A stretch of 64,000 nt of DNA, from sequence record KT184316.1. One strand, written 5' to 3'. The first letter of the stretch is position 1, and each line of letters starts with the position of its first letter. This DNA is from Enterobacteria phage XTG1. Of the stretch, positions 5,632-16,248 are shown in pieces. Under the pieces are notes generated by a model. That model saw only the letters and a list, made by a program, of their open reading frames with translations, made no database searches and was not told where the DNA came from. The translations under genes and the position numbers were made by a program.

Positions 5632-7233
5632 ATGGACTTAAATGCTGTTAAGCAGAAGCGAGTGGAAGATGTTAGGAAAGTCCTAGCTGGAGAGTTGGGG
5701 CTTTCTGATGAAGTAAAAGAAATTATCAAATCATTTGGTAAAGACCCCTCTAAATTCCTTCCAACTCAAATTCTGACTTTATTAAGATACACACCAGACC
5801 AAGTTCGCCTTATCTTTAAATTGATGACTGATAAGAACTATGTAGCCCCTCAGCCGGGTTCTCAAGAGGTCTTTTTAAATACTAATGCTGACTTGGTTCT
5901 TTATGGTGGTGCTGCTGGTGCTGGTAAAACTGCTGCATTGTTAATGGACTCTTTAAGATTTATTGAAGACCCTAACTATAATGCTGTATATTTCCGTCGA
6001 AATACAACACAGCTACAAGGTGGTTTATGGCCTGCTGCAAAGAAACTATTTGGTAAGTTTGGTGGGGTTCCTCACGAGCAGAAGATGACTATCACATTCC
6101 CTTCTGGGGCAACTATCAAGTTCACCTACCTAGAACTTGAAAAACACGCTGAAGGTCATCAGGGTATTGAATACTCAGCTATTTACTTTGACGAAGGTAC
6201 ACACTTCTCTGCTTCACAGATTTCATACCTACAAACACGTCTGCGTTCTGGTGCTGAAGGTGATTCATACATGAAGATTTCCATGAACCCAGACAGAGAC
6301 CACTTTATTTATGATTGGGTAGAGCCATTCTTAGATGAAGAAGGTTATCCAGACCCTGAAAAGTGTGGTCGTATTCGTTGGTATGTAATGAATGACGGTG
6401 TGATGGTTTCTGATTGGGAGAGAGACAAGATTCTTGAAATGTTCCCTCTTGAGATTCCTCAAACCTACACCTTTATCTCTGGTACGATTGATGATAACCC
6501 CATCCTTGACTTCTTAGAGCCTAAGTACCGTGGTAAGTTGGAAAACAACACCCCTGTAAACGTTGCAAGACTTCGTTTCGGTAACTGGAAGGCTCGTGCA
6601 GAAGGTTCAAACTATTGGCAAAGACAATGGTGTGAAATTGTTGATTCACTCCCAGAAGATGTATTCGATGTTAGAGCATGGGACTTAGCAGCAACTTTAC
6701 CATCTGAGATTAACCCTAATCCAGACTGGACAGCAGGTGTTAAGATGGGTAAATCTAAAAAAGACGGTTGCTATTATATCATTGATGTAGTAAGATTTAG
6801 AGATAGACCCTCTGGAGTCGAAACACAAATTAATTTGACTGCTGAAAGTGACGGTAAGCGAACTGGTATTTTTATCCCTCAAGACCCAGGCGCTGCTGGT
6901 AAATCCTACGCAACATCCCTCATCAGGAAACTTGCCGAGAAAGGTTATCGAGCAAGAGCTAAACCAACAAATAAAGATAAAGTTACCCGCTTTGCGGGAT
7001 TTTCTGCTGCTTCTGAAGCTGGACTTGTAAAAGTCTTGAGAGGTAGTTGGAATGAAGCTTACTTCCAAGAGCTTGAAGGCTTTTGTGGTGATGGTAAAAC
7101 TAAAGATGACCAAGTGGATGCTACCAGTGATGCTTTCAACAGTCTTAACGAAGTTAAATTATTCAAGCCACCATCAATGGGTGCTCACACAGACTTAGTG
7201 AGAGGAAACCCATATGAGGGGCTTAGACGTTGA
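5632..7233 (+). CDS. Terminase large subunit
   Basis: Walker A-like LYGGAAGAGKT near N-terminus, about 530 aa, followed by portal; start set at ATG 5632 with GGAGG RBS (track start 5617 is non-ATG). Confidence 0.8.
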   Translation: MDLNAVKQKRVEDVRKVLAGELGLSDEVKEIIKSFGKDPSKFLPTQILTLLRYTPDQVRLIFKLMTDKNYVAPQPGSQEVFLNTNADLVLYGGAAGAGKTAALLMDSLRFIEDPNYNAVYFRRNTTQLQGGLWPAAKKLFGKFGGVPHEQKMTITFPSGATIKFTYLELEKHAEGHQGIEYSAIYFDEGTHFSASQISYLQTRLRSGAEGDSYMKISMNPDRDHFIYDWVEPFLDEEGYPDPEKCGRIRWYVMNDGVMVSDWERDKILEMFPLEIPQTYTFISGTIDDNPILDFLEPKYRGKLENNTPVNVARLRFGNWKARAEGSNYWQRQWCEIVDSLPEDVFDVRAWDLAATLPSEINPNPDWTAGVKMGKSKKDGCYYIIDVVRFRDRPSGVETQINLTAESDGKRTGIFIPQDPGAAGKSYATSLIRKLAEKGYRARAKPTNKDKVTRFAGFSAASEAGLVKVLRGSWNEAYFQELEGFCGDGKTKDDQVDATSDAFNSLNEVKLFKPPSMGAHTDLVRGNPYEGLRR

Positions 7234-7249
7234 TAGCTAGGTGAGAAGA

Positions 7250-8716
7250 ATGGCAGATATTACAGAAACACAAGAAAGCTTACCACCATTTAGAATGGGT
7301 GAAGTAGGTTCTTTGGGTCTGAAGGTTAAGAATGGAAGAATCTATGAAGAACCTCGTCAGGCACTAAGATTCCCTGAAAGTATTAAAACTTTCCAATTAA
7401 TGATGCGTGACCCTGCTGTAGCAGCATCTGTAAATATTATTAAGATGTTTGTCAGAAAAGTCAACTGGAGATTCGTACCTCCAAAGGGAAAAGAGCAAGA
7501 CCCTAAAATGCTTGAAAGAGCAGACTTCTTTAATTCTTTAATGGATGACATGGAGCATGATTGGGCAGATTTTATTAATTCTGTAATGTCATTCTGCACT
7601 TATGGGTTCTGTGTTAACGAGAAAGTTTATAAGAAGCGACAGGGTAAAAAAGGAAAGTACCAGTCAAAATTTGATGATGGTCTAATTGGATGGGCTAAAT
7701 TACCAATCAGAAACCAGTCAACACTTGATAAGTGGTATTTTGACGAAGACTTTAGGAAAGTTACTGGTGTTAGACAGAATCTGAGAAATGTTTCACATAT
7801 TGCTGGAGCAATTAATCTTGGAGAAAGACCTCTAACAAGAAAACTTCCACGAGCTAAATTCATGCTGTTTAAGTATGACGATGAATATGGAAATCCAGAA
7901 GGTCGTTCACCACTACTTAATGCTTATGTACCGTGGAAATATAAAGTACAGATTGAAGAGTATGAGGCTGTTGGCGTTTCAAGAGACTTAGTAGGTATGC
8001 CAAAGATTGGTTTACCACCAGACTATCTAGATGAAAATGCAGAACCTGAAAAGAAAGCTTTCGTACAATACTGCAAAACTGTTGTTAACGATATGATTGC
8101 TAATGATAGAGCAGGTTTAATCTGGCCTAGATATATCGACCCAGATACTAAAGAGGATATTTTTGAGTTCTCATTAGTTTCTAGACAGGGTGCTAAAGCA
8201 TACGATACAGGTTCTATTATTGACAGATATTCCAAGCAGATTATGATGGCATTTATGTCAGATGTTCTTGCTATGGGTCAGTCAAAATATGGTTCATTCT
8301 CTCTTGCAGATTCTAAGACGAGTTTACTAGCAATGTCAGTAGATATTCTGCTGAAGCAAATTAAGAACGTAATTAACCGTGATTTAGTTGCACAGACTTA
8401 TGCTCTTAATATGTGGGATGATGAAGAACATGTACAAATCACATATGATGATATCGAAACTCCAGACCTTGAAGCAATTGGTTCTTATATTCAGAAGACT
8501 GTTGCAGTAGGTGCTTTGGAAGTTGACAAAGAGCTATCTAACAAACTTAGAGAGCATATTGGTCTCCCTCCTGCTGATGAGTCTCAGCCAGTATCTGAAA
8601 AGCTTTCTCCAAATAGCCAAAGCCGCTCAGGAGATGGTTATAAGACCGCTGGAGAAGGTACTGCAAAGACACCTTCAGCGAAAGACCCAAGCACAGCAAA
8701 TAAGGCAAATAAATAA
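7250..8716 (+). CDS. Portal protein
   Basis: About 490 aa ORF immediately after terminase and before prohead protease; acidic C-terminus. Confidence 0.65.
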   Translation: MADITETQESLPPFRMGEVGSLGLKVKNGRIYEEPRQALRFPESIKTFQLMMRDPAVAASVNIIKMFVRKVNWRFVPPKGKEQDPKMLERADFFNSLMDDMEHDWADFINSVMSFCTYGFCVNEKVYKKRQGKKGKYQSKFDDGLIGWAKLPIRNQSTLDKWYFDEDFRKVTGVRQNLRNVSHIAGAINLGERPLTRKLPRAKFMLFKYDDEYGNPEGRSPLLNAYVPWKYKVQIEEYEAVGVSRDLVGMPKIGLPPDYLDENAEPEKKAFVQYCKTVVNDMIANDRAGLIWPRYIDPDTKEDIFEFSLVSRQGAKAYDTGSIIDRYSKQIMMAFMSDVLAMGQSKYGSFSLADSKTSLLAMSVDILLKQIKNVINRDLVAQTYALNMWDDEEHVQITYDDIETPDLEAIGSYIQKTVAVGALEVDKELSNKLREHIGLPPADESQPVSEKLSPNSQSRSGDGYKTAGEGTAKTPSAKDPSTANKANK

Positions 8717-9216
8717 TGGCTGAAGTTATCTCTATTTCAAATGCTACACGAGTGCATTCGTATAGGGGTGTCCTTATCATTACTGACAAGTTATCTGTAG
8801 AGGCTGGCTCAAGGGTCAGCCTTTCAGGTTATGTAAGTGATGGTGGAACCTCTGACGTTTTCACTATTTGCAGGTTACTTGATGCACCAATGAGTGGAAA
8901 ACCGTTTATTTTAGGAAATTGTAGTGAAATTGTTAAAATTCCATTTGACAGTTCATGCCTTTTGGGTGTAAAGTTATATAACTGCGAGAATAAACGTATA
9001 AATGTTAATAGCATTGAAGCCGCTTTCATTACCCTCGATACTGCATTTCAATCTCCAATGACAGTTAATAAAGAAACAAACAGACTTGAATACATTTTTT
9101 CACAAAATGATTACAAAGTACTTGTCAAAGGTAAAGTATATGATATGATTGTAAATGTGGTAGATGAATCTGGTAACCATTCAACAGTCCTTAAACAAAA
9201 AGTAAGGTTTAATTAA
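8716..9216 (+). CDS. Hypothetical protein (166 aa) between portal and protease
   Basis: Intact ORF, start overlaps portal stop (ATGA). Confidence 0.5.
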   Translation: MAEVISISNATRVHSYRGVLIITDKLSVEAGSRVSLSGYVSDGGTSDVFTICRLLDAPMSGKPFILGNCSEIVKIPFDSSCLLGVKLYNCENKRINVNSIEAAFITLDTAFQSPMTVNKETNRLEYIFSQNDYKVLVKGKVYDMIVNVVDESGNHSTVLKQKVRFN

Positions 9217-9548
9217 TGGGAACATTAACTATTGATGGTAAGAATAAAATCCTCGCCACGCTAACCCCAACGACTATTATTTTACACAATGTAGACCCAA
9301 CGGCAGACCCTACAGCAAATAAGGTTACTCAGCCAGTGGCTATTTATTTTTCTGAACCGGATAATGGCTTGATTGCCTCAGAAGACACAGTTAACATTAC
9401 TGTTCCAGCTTCTGCAACGGTCTCACACTATAGCTTGTGGGATGCTAACGATAAATGCGTGGCAACTGGTGCTCTTAGCAAACCTCAATTCTTTGCTGAA
9501 GAAGGTATCTATGTTATCTCTTCAGTCTCTGTAGATTTAAACAAATAG
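9216..9548 (+). CDS. Hypothetical protein (110 aa)
   Basis: Intact ORF coupled to upstream gene. Confidence 0.5.
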   Translation: MGTLTIDGKNKILATLTPTTIILHNVDPTADPTANKVTQPVAIYFSEPDNGLIASEDTVNITVPASATVSHYSLWDANDKCVATGALSKPQFFAEEGIYVISSVSVDLNK

Positions 9549-9559
9549 GGTGAGTAAAA

Positions 9560-10906
9560 ATGAGTTCGAATATCTTCAGACTTGCTGATAGATTATTCAA
9601 CCAACCTTTACTAGCCACTGAATCATTAGCTCACTCAGCAGCAACTTATGTGAATAACAGATTGCTGGGTGATGTCCAAGCAGCAGTAAACTTTGATAAA
9701 CCCAAAGGTGAAGCAAGAAGTCTTTTAAAAGTAAAAGATGACATTGCTATTATCCCTATTATGGGTGGTTTAACCCATCGTATGACATTCATTGATGCAA
9801 TGTGTACAGGTGGATTAAGCTCTTATGAAGGTTTGCGTAGAGGCTTTGACGAAGCTTTAGCAGATGAGTCAATCAAGACTATTGTTCTGCACATCGATTC
9901 TGGTGGTGGTGAAGCTTCAGGTTGCTTTGAATTAGCACGTCACATTATGGCTTCAAGAGGCCAAAAGAAAATTATTGCTTATGTAGATGAGTTCGCTTGT
10001 TCCGCTGCATACGCTCTTGCATCTTCTGCTGAAGAAATTATTGCATCACCAGATGCAGATGTTGGTTCTATTGGTGTAATCATGGTTCATCAGGAATTAA
10101 CTAAGGCATTTGAAAAGAATGGCGTAACAATTAACGTCATCAAAGCTGGTGAGTTTAAAGGTATGGGTTCACCATTCCAAGCACTCTCAGAAGAAAGCAA
10201 AGAAAGACTTCAAAAGAGAATTAATGATACCTACGCAACCTTTACAGGTTTTGTAGCTGAATCTCGTAATCTCTCTGAAGAAGCTGTAAAGAATACTGAG
10301 GCGAATGTTTATTCTGCTCAGGAAGCTCTTGAACTTGGTTTAATTAACTCAATCATGTCTCAAGATGATTTCTTAAATTACTTACAAGGTTCTGAAGAGG
10401 CTCCTGTAAGTTTAAACGTTAACAATTCAGGTGAAGAAATGACTGAACAAGAAAAGCAAGAACTAGAAGCTTTGCGTCTTCAGGTTGCTCAAATGAAAGC
10501 TAAAGAACAGGAAGCTGCTTTGTCAGATTTGACTAATAAGATTTCTGCTTCTGCCGAAGCTTTTGGATTTGATGCAAAAGAAGCTGCAACGACTATTTTA
10601 GGTGCTGGTCTTGATAACCCTCTGAGCGTTCTGTTTATGAATGCTATGGAAGGTGCTAACCAGAAACTTAATGAAACTATCGCGTCCCATGCTTCTGCAA
10701 TGGAAGAAAAAGAATCAGAAATTACCAAGCTGAAAGAAACTGCTGGTGCTGTTCTTGAACATTCTAATGCTATGGAAGAAATGGGTAATGACGGCGAAGC
10801 TGATTTGGTTGAAGAAGAAAAAGAACCAGCTAAGAATGCTTCCGAAGACACCGCTGAACAACGCAAACTGGCTCTCCAGAATGCTCTAAAATCTCTTATC
10901 AAATAA
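9560..10906 (+). CDS. Prohead protease (S49 / SppA-ClpP-like) fused to an acidic coiled-coil scaffold-like C-terminal domain
   Basis: IVLHIDSGGGEASG ... DEFACSAAYALASSAEEI ... GSIGVIM resembles S49 peptidase; C-terminal 200 aa rich in E/A/K; RBS agggtgag. Confidence 0.7.
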   Translation: MSSNIFRLADRLFNQPLLATESLAHSAATYVNNRLLGDVQAAVNFDKPKGEARSLLKVKDDIAIIPIMGGLTHRMTFIDAMCTGGLSSYEGLRRGFDEALADESIKTIVLHIDSGGGEASGCFELARHIMASRGQKKIIAYVDEFACSAAYALASSAEEIIASPDADVGSIGVIMVHQELTKAFEKNGVTINVIKAGEFKGMGSPFQALSEESKERLQKRINDTYATFTGFVAESRNLSEEAVKNTEANVYSAQEALELGLINSIMSQDDFLNYLQGSEEAPVSLNVNNSGEEMTEQEKQELEALRLQVAQMKAKEQEAALSDLTNKISASAEAFGFDAKEAATTILGAGLDNPLSVLFMNAMEGANQKLNETIASHASAMEEKESEITKLKETAGAVLEHSNAMEEMGNDGEADLVEEEKEPAKNASEDTAEQRKLALQNALKSLIK

Positions 10907-10917
10907 GGAACACAATA

Positions 10918-11295
10918 ATGGCATATGAAGGTTTTACTCACTTAGGTAAAAGAGAACCTCTGAATGATATCATTCTTTGGGAACAGGTTACCCCAACAGG
11001 TCACTCTCGCAAAGAGTACACTCCAGTTGCTTCAACAGAATACCGTGTAGGTGAAGTCCTGAAAGCAGATGGTACTAAAGTTGCAGCAAGGGAAGAAGCT
11101 CAGGCTGATTCTGTATGTATCGTTAACTTCTACGCAGACCTACAACTGTCTTACCACGGTCAGTTGAAAGTTGTTGGTATTTACCGTGACGCAGAACTAA
11201 AAGACCTGCTTACTCTTGAATCAGGTGTTGATGCTGATGCAGTCAAGACAGCTCTGGCTGCTAAAGGTATTGATTTCGTACCAACTGGCCTGTAA
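10918..11295 (+). CDS. Putative head decoration protein
   Basis: 125-aa ORF between protease and major capsid gene, the position of decoration proteins in lambda-like head modules; no motif evidence. Confidence 0.4.
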   Translation: MAYEGFTHLGKREPLNDIILWEQVTPTGHSRKEYTPVASTEYRVGEVLKADGTKVAAREEAQADSVCIVNFYADLQLSYHGQLKVVGIYRDAELKDLLTLESGVDADAVKTALAAKGIDFVPTGL

Positions 11296-11328
11296 TAACA
11301 ATAATAAGACATTCTGGAGAATTTTACA

Positions 11329-12435
11329 ATGTTGACTAATTCTGAAAAAAGCAGATTTTTCCTTGCTGACCTGACTGGTGAAGTCCAGTCTATCCCAAAT
11401 ACTTATGGGTATATTTCCAACTTAGGTCTATTCCGTTCAGCACCAATCACCCAAACTACTTTCCTTATGGACTTGACTGATTGGGATGTTAGCTTGCTTG
11501 ATGCGGTAGACCGTGATAGCCGTAAAGCAGAGACTAGCGCACCTGAGCGTGTTCGTCAAATCAGCTTCCCAATGATGTACTTCAAAGAAGTTGAAAGCAT
11601 TACTCCTGATGAGATTCAGGGTGTACGTCAGCCAGGCACTGCAAACGAACTGACTACTGAAGCTGTAGTACGTGCCAAGAAGCTGATGAAGATTCGTACC
11701 AAGTTCGATATTACTCGTGAGTTCCTGTTTATGCAAGCTCTGAAGGGTAAAGTTGTTGATGCTCGTGGTACTCTGTACGCTGACCTGTACAAGCAGTTCG
11801 ACGTTGAGAAGAAGACTATTTACTTCGACCTTGACAACCCTAATGCTGACATCGACGCTTCTATTGAAGAACTGCGTATGCACATGGAAGATGAAGCTAA
11901 GACTGGCACTGTAATCAACGGTGAAGAAATTCACGTAGTTGTTGACCGTGTGTTCTTCAGCAAGCTTACTAAACATCCTAAGATTCGTGACGCTTATCTT
12001 GCACAGCAGACTCCGCTGGCTTGGCAACAGATTACTGGTTCTCTGAGAACTGGTGGTACTGACGGCGTTCAGGCTCACATGAACACTTTCTACTACGGTG
12101 GTGTTAAGTTTGTCCAGTACAACGGCAAGTTCAAAGATAAGCGTGGTAAGGTTCACACTCTGGTGAGTATTGATAGTGTAGCAGCAACTGTTGGTGTAGG
12201 TCATGCTTTCCCTAACGTTTCTATGCTGGGTGAAGCAAACAACATCTTCGAAGTGGCATATGGTCCATGTCCTAAGATGGGTTATGCAAATACACTTGGT
12301 CAGGAACTGTACGTATTCGAATACGAAAAAGACCGTGACGAAGGTATTGACTTTGAAGCTCACTCTTACATGCTGCCATACTGCACACGTCCTCAGTTGC
12401 TGGTAGACGTTCGTTCTGACGCTAAACCAGACTAA
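11329..12435 (+). CDS. Major capsid protein (lambda gpE-like family)
   Basis: 368 aa; located after protease and decorator; resembles the capsid E family by recollection, unverified. Confidence 0.7.
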   Translation: MLTNSEKSRFFLADLTGEVQSIPNTYGYISNLGLFRSAPITQTTFLMDLTDWDVSLLDAVDRDSRKAETSAPERVRQISFPMMYFKEVESITPDEIQGVRQPGTANELTTEAVVRAKKLMKIRTKFDITREFLFMQALKGKVVDARGTLYADLYKQFDVEKKTIYFDLDNPNADIDASIEELRMHMEDEAKTGTVINGEEIHVVVDRVFFSKLTKHPKIRDAYLAQQTPLAWQQITGSLRTGGTDGVQAHMNTFYYGGVKFVQYNGKFKDKRGKVHTLVSIDSVAATVGVGHAFPNVSMLGEANNIFEVAYGPCPKMGYANTLGQELYVFEYEKDRDEGIDFEAHSYMLPYCTRPQLLVDVRSDAKPD

Positions 12436-12456
12436 TATTCTTAAGGAGGGTTATGA

Positions 12457-12906
12457 ATGTGTTATACAGGCGACCCAGCCAATAACCCTCTTGATAGAGT
12501 AAGAATCCTCTGCACAGACACCAATAATGATGAAATTCTTATTGAGCAGTCTGTGCTAGAGTGGTTCTATCTAGAATCTGGAAAGGATGAAAAGAAAGCA
12601 GCCATCAAAGCTCTTAAATATTTACTCTTTCAAGTAGCCAAGATGGGAGATGAGAAAGTTGGTGGTGTCTATTTACGTAACTCTTCCAGATTCAAATCTC
12701 TGAAAGCTGTTTATGACGACCTTGTTAAAAGCTCTGTTTCAGGACTACCCTATGCAGGTGGTATTAATCAGTGTGATATTGACATGCGTCGTCAGAATCC
12801 TTGCTCTGTCAAGAAATACACAGAATATGGTGATGCTGCCAGATACGAAGGCAGAGATTACTGCAACCGTGTTAATGGCGTATTTATTATCGAGCGAGAT
12901 GAATAA
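12457..12906 (+). CDS. Hypothetical head/neck protein (149 aa)
   Basis: ORF with RBS aaggaggg upstream; position after capsid gene. Confidence 0.5.
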   Translation: MCYTGDPANNPLDRVRILCTDTNNDEILIEQSVLEWFYLESGKDEKKAAIKALKYLLFQVAKMGDEKVGGVYLRNSSRFKSLKAVYDDLVKSSVSGLPYAGGINQCDIDMRRQNPCSVKKYTEYGDAARYEGRDYCNRVNGVFIIERDE

Positions 12907-13388
12907 TGGTTAAAAGGGTTATTCACCCCGCTAGAGCAAAATTAGTCGGGGCTATGAAGAACTTGCAAACGGCTAATGCTCAAGTTGGGTATTTTCAAGA
13001 ACAAGGTCAACATAGCTCTGGTTTTTCTTATCCTGCTTTAATGTATTTACAAGAAGTTATTGGGGTTCCTTCAGCTTCTGGTAAAGTATATCGTAGGTTG
13101 TTTGAAATCACTATGATGCTAAACAAACAGACCTTGTTAGAGCAGACTAAGAAGAATCTATATAAGCAACTTAGCAGTCTCAACACAGACCCTTCAAATA
13201 CCTTAGAAGCATTTGCAAAGAATGCTCAAAAGGCAATTAAAAGGGGTTTTGGTAATTCTGCTATCCTCCCTCCTAACGCACCTTCCACAGTCAAGAAAAA
13301 AGGCTTTAACGCACCTCTTGTTGAGACAGGTGACTTAAGAGATAACCTTGCTTATAAAATTTCTACTAAGAAGGGTATTAAGAAATGA
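12906..13388 (+). CDS. Hypothetical head-tail joining protein (160 aa)
   Basis: Coupled ORF (ATGA overlap) in head-tail connector region. Confidence 0.45.
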   Translation: MVKRVIHPARAKLVGAMKNLQTANAQVGYFQEQGQHSSGFSYPALMYLQEVIGVPSASGKVYRRLFEITMMLNKQTLLEQTKKNLYKQLSSLNTDPSNTLEAFAKNAQKAIKRGFGNSAILPPNAPSTVKKKGFNAPLVETGDLRDNLAYKISTKKGIKK

Positions 13389-13786
13389 GACTCTTAAACA
13401 GACACAGCTTTGTAGTAAAGCGTAAAGTCTCTGAAGACGGTTATTATAACGATGATGGTGATTGGGTAGCTTCGCAAGATATTGTAGAGGTCAACTGTAA
13501 AGGTAATATCCAGCCATATATCAAAGGTTCTGTAAAGAATGGTACACAGATTGCTTTACCGGAAGGTATTAGACTTACTGATACAAGAATCCTGTATACC
13601 ACATATAAGCTTAGAACTTCAGATGATGTAGAGTGGAATGAGTCTGACATTGTTATGATTGATGGTCATGAGTATGAAGTATTTATGACTATGGATTGGT
13701 CACAGCAATTAGCCCATACGTCCCATTATGAATATATCATTATTAGAAGGGATAAACTGAATGCAGTTAGAAACAGCAGAACTTGA
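13385..13786 (+). CDS. Hypothetical protein (133 aa)
   Basis: Coupled ORF. Confidence 0.45.
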   Translation: MRLLNRHSFVVKRKVSEDGYYNDDGDWVASQDIVEVNCKGNIQPYIKGSVKNGTQIALPEGIRLTDTRILYTTYKLRTSDDVEWNESDIVMIDGHEYEVFMTMDWSQQLAHTSHYEYIIIRRDKLNAVRNSRT

Positions 13787-14360
13787 AAAAGGTCTAGTTA
13801 GAACCTTAGTGGATGTTATTGGTCACAGATTAGCTCGTGATAAAAATAATAGACCAAACGTAATTAGAGCTTACCCTTCTGATAACTCAAATGACAAAGG
13901 TTTAAAACCTGACCAGCCATTTATCACCGTATATTGTCAAGATGCTGCAACACCTTATGGTTGGGTTCTTGATAAGTTTGTTGAAGATGATGTAGTTTGT
14001 TACAGAATTGCTTTTCAGATTCCTGTATTAATTACGGTAAATGGTAAAGGTGCTCACAGTATTATGCTTGAGCTTAAACAACGATTAGAGATGAGTTCAG
14101 TCAGAGATTTAATCCTTGAAGAAACAGGAGCTACAGTACTGGACACTGGAGCAATCCCAAATGATTACACTTATCTCAATACAGATTTCGAAAATTCTGC
14201 ACCTCTTGTTGTAACTCTTGTAAAAAACTCAGTCCTGAAAGATGAACGTGGAAGTATTATTGAGCGTGTCATTGTTGATGGTGAGTTAGTTTATGAAGAA
14301 GGACAAGAGCCACCAGAATATACTATCCATCTAGATGTAGACTCCAAAGGGGTAAAATAA
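13761..14360 (+). CDS. Hypothetical protein (199 aa), possible tail completion/sheath stabiliser
   Basis: ORF with RBS aaggga; immediately upstream of sheath gene. Confidence 0.4.
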   Translation: MQLETAELEKGLVRTLVDVIGHRLARDKNNRPNVIRAYPSDNSNDKGLKPDQPFITVYCQDAATPYGWVLDKFVEDDVVCYRIAFQIPVLITVNGKGAHSIMLELKQRLEMSSVRDLILEETGATVLDTGAIPNDYTYLNTDFENSAPLVVTLVKNSVLKDERGSIIERVIVDGELVYEEGQEPPEYTIHLDVDSKGVK

Positions 14361-15713
14361 ATGTGGAATCCAATTGTTAATGTAGATATTACATTGAACA
14401 CCGCAGGAACTACAAGAGAAGGTTTTGGTTTGCCACTATTCTTAGCTTCAACAGATAACTTTGAAGAAAGAGTCCGTGGTTACACTTCCTTAACTGAAGT
14501 TGCTGAAGATTTCGATGAAAACTCTGCTGCATATAAGGCTGCTAAACAACTTTGGAGTCAGACTCCTAAAGTAACTCAGCTTTATATTGGTAGACGTGCT
14601 ATGCAGTACACTGTATCAATTCCTGATGCCGTTACCGAAAGTACAGACTACTCAATTACTGTAGCTGCTGGCGGTGGAATTTCTCAACCATACCAGTACA
14701 CAGCACAAGACTCAGACACTGCTGAGGTAGTGTTGCAACAGTTTAAAACACAGATTGAAGCTGACCCAACAATCAAAGATAAGGTTTCTGTGAATGTAAC
14801 TGGTAGCAATGGCTCTGCCACAATGATTATTACCAAAGCTGGTGATAATGACTTTGTGAAAGTAACAACCACAGCACAGACTGTATACATTGCAAGTACA
14901 ACTGCCGATACAGCATCAACTGCTCTGGCAGCTATCGAAGCTTATTCTACTGACTGGTATTTCATTGCAGCAGAAGACAGAACTCAACAGTTTGTCTTAG
15001 CAATGGCTTCTGAGATTCAGGCTCGCAAGAAAATCTTCTTTACGGCTAACTCAGATGTAGCAGCACTGCAAGGCACAGAATTAGCCAGTGCAAATGATGT
15101 TCCAGCACAGCTTGCTAAGAATATGTACACTCGTACAGTTTGCTTGTGGCATCACACAGCAGCAGAAGATTATCCAGAGATGGCATACATTGCTTATGGT
15201 GCTCCATATGACGCAGGTTCGATTGCTTGGGGTAATGCTCAGCTAACTGGTGTAGCAGCTTCTCTACAACCATCTAATCAGAGACCTCTGACAAGTATTC
15301 AGAAGTCTGCTTTAGATGCACGTCACTGTAACTTTATTGACCTTGATGGTGGTGTTCCAGTGGTTCGTAGAGGGATTACTTCTGGTGGGGAATGGATTGA
15401 TATCATCCGTGGTGTTGACTGGTTAGAATCAGACCTGAAAACTTCTCTGAGAGACTTGCTAATTAACCAGAAGGGTGGTAAGATTACTTATGATGATACT
15501 GGTATTACTCGTATTCGTCAAGTCATTGAAACCTCTCTGCAAAGAGCAGTCAACAGAAACTTCCTGTCATCTTACACAGTTAATGTTCCTAAAGCCTCTC
15601 AAGTTGCTTTAGCAGACAAGAAAGCACGTATCCTGAAAGACGTTACCTTCGCAGGTATCTTAGCAGGGGCTATCTTGGATGTTGACTTGAAAGGTACAGT
15701 GGCTTACGAATAA
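14361..15713 (+). CDS. Tail sheath protein
   Basis: 450-aa ORF followed by 148-aa tube ORF, two small chaperone ORFs and tape measure: the canonical contractile-tail order. Confidence 0.6.
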   Translation: MWNPIVNVDITLNTAGTTREGFGLPLFLASTDNFEERVRGYTSLTEVAEDFDENSAAYKAAKQLWSQTPKVTQLYIGRRAMQYTVSIPDAVTESTDYSITVAAGGGISQPYQYTAQDSDTAEVVLQQFKTQIEADPTIKDKVSVNVTGSNGSATMIITKAGDNDFVKVTTTAQTVYIASTTADTASTALAAIEAYSTDWYFIAAEDRTQQFVLAMASEIQARKKIFFTANSDVAALQGTELASANDVPAQLAKNMYTRTVCLWHHTAAEDYPEMAYIAYGAPYDAGSIAWGNAQLTGVAASLQPSNQRPLTSIQKSALDARHCNFIDLDGGVPVVRRGITSGGEWIDIIRGVDWLESDLKTSLRDLLINQKGGKITYDDTGITRIRQVIETSLQRAVNRNFLSSYTVNVPKASQVALADKKARILKDVTFAGILAGAILDVDLKGTVAYE

Positions 15714-15728
15714 TAGAGGTAAATTGGA

Positions 15729-16175
15729 ATGGCTATGTATCAGCAATATTCCCCTAAAGACGTTGTATGTAGCTGGAATGGTATTGCCATTGAAGGCTTT
15801 GCCCCAGATTCATTCTTGCGTCTACAGAGAACATCACCACTTGTGACACCAGTTGTTGGTGCAGGTGGTCAAGTTGCTCTGACAAGAAATGCAGACAAGA
15901 CAGGTACTATTGAGATTGAGTTAATGCAGACTTCTCTCTCTAACCAGATGCTTTCTGCAATTCAAGCTAAACAAGACAATATGGAACTTGAAGAAGATAT
16001 CTCTTCTAACTTCGTAATCTACGACCCATCAGGCTCTGTTCTGGCAACTGGTATTAATGCTTGGTTGCAGGAATTACCGCAGATTGAACTTGGTCGTGAC
16101 CAGAACTCTAAAACTTGGATTTTTGGTTGTGAGAAGCTAGACTACACTTCTACAATTCCAGCGTCAAGTGTTTAA
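15729..16175 (+). CDS. Tail tube protein
   Basis: 148 aa, directly after sheath; followed by a strong terminator. Confidence 0.55.
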   Translation: MAMYQQYSPKDVVCSWNGIAIEGFAPDSFLRLQRTSPLVTPVVGAGGQVALTRNADKTGTIEIELMQTSLSNQMLSAIQAKQDNMELEEDISSNFVIYDPSGSVLATGINAWLQELPQIELGRDQNSKTWIFGCEKLDYTSTIPASSV

Positions 16176-16187
16176 TAAATCCTATAA

Positions 16188-16220
16188 GGGGGAGACTTTA
16201 AAAGGTCTTCCCCTTTTTTG
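16188..16220 (+). terminator. Rho-independent terminator after sheath-tube genes
   Basis: gggggagac-tttaaaag-gtcttcccc followed by tttttt. Confidence 0.65.
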
Positions 16221-16248
16221 TTTCTTTTAAAAGTATTAAGGAATCACA

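Noticed and set aside
11437-12363. 308-aa minus-strand ORF
   Set aside because: Entirely antisense within the major capsid gene; low-complexity translation; typical shadow ORF.
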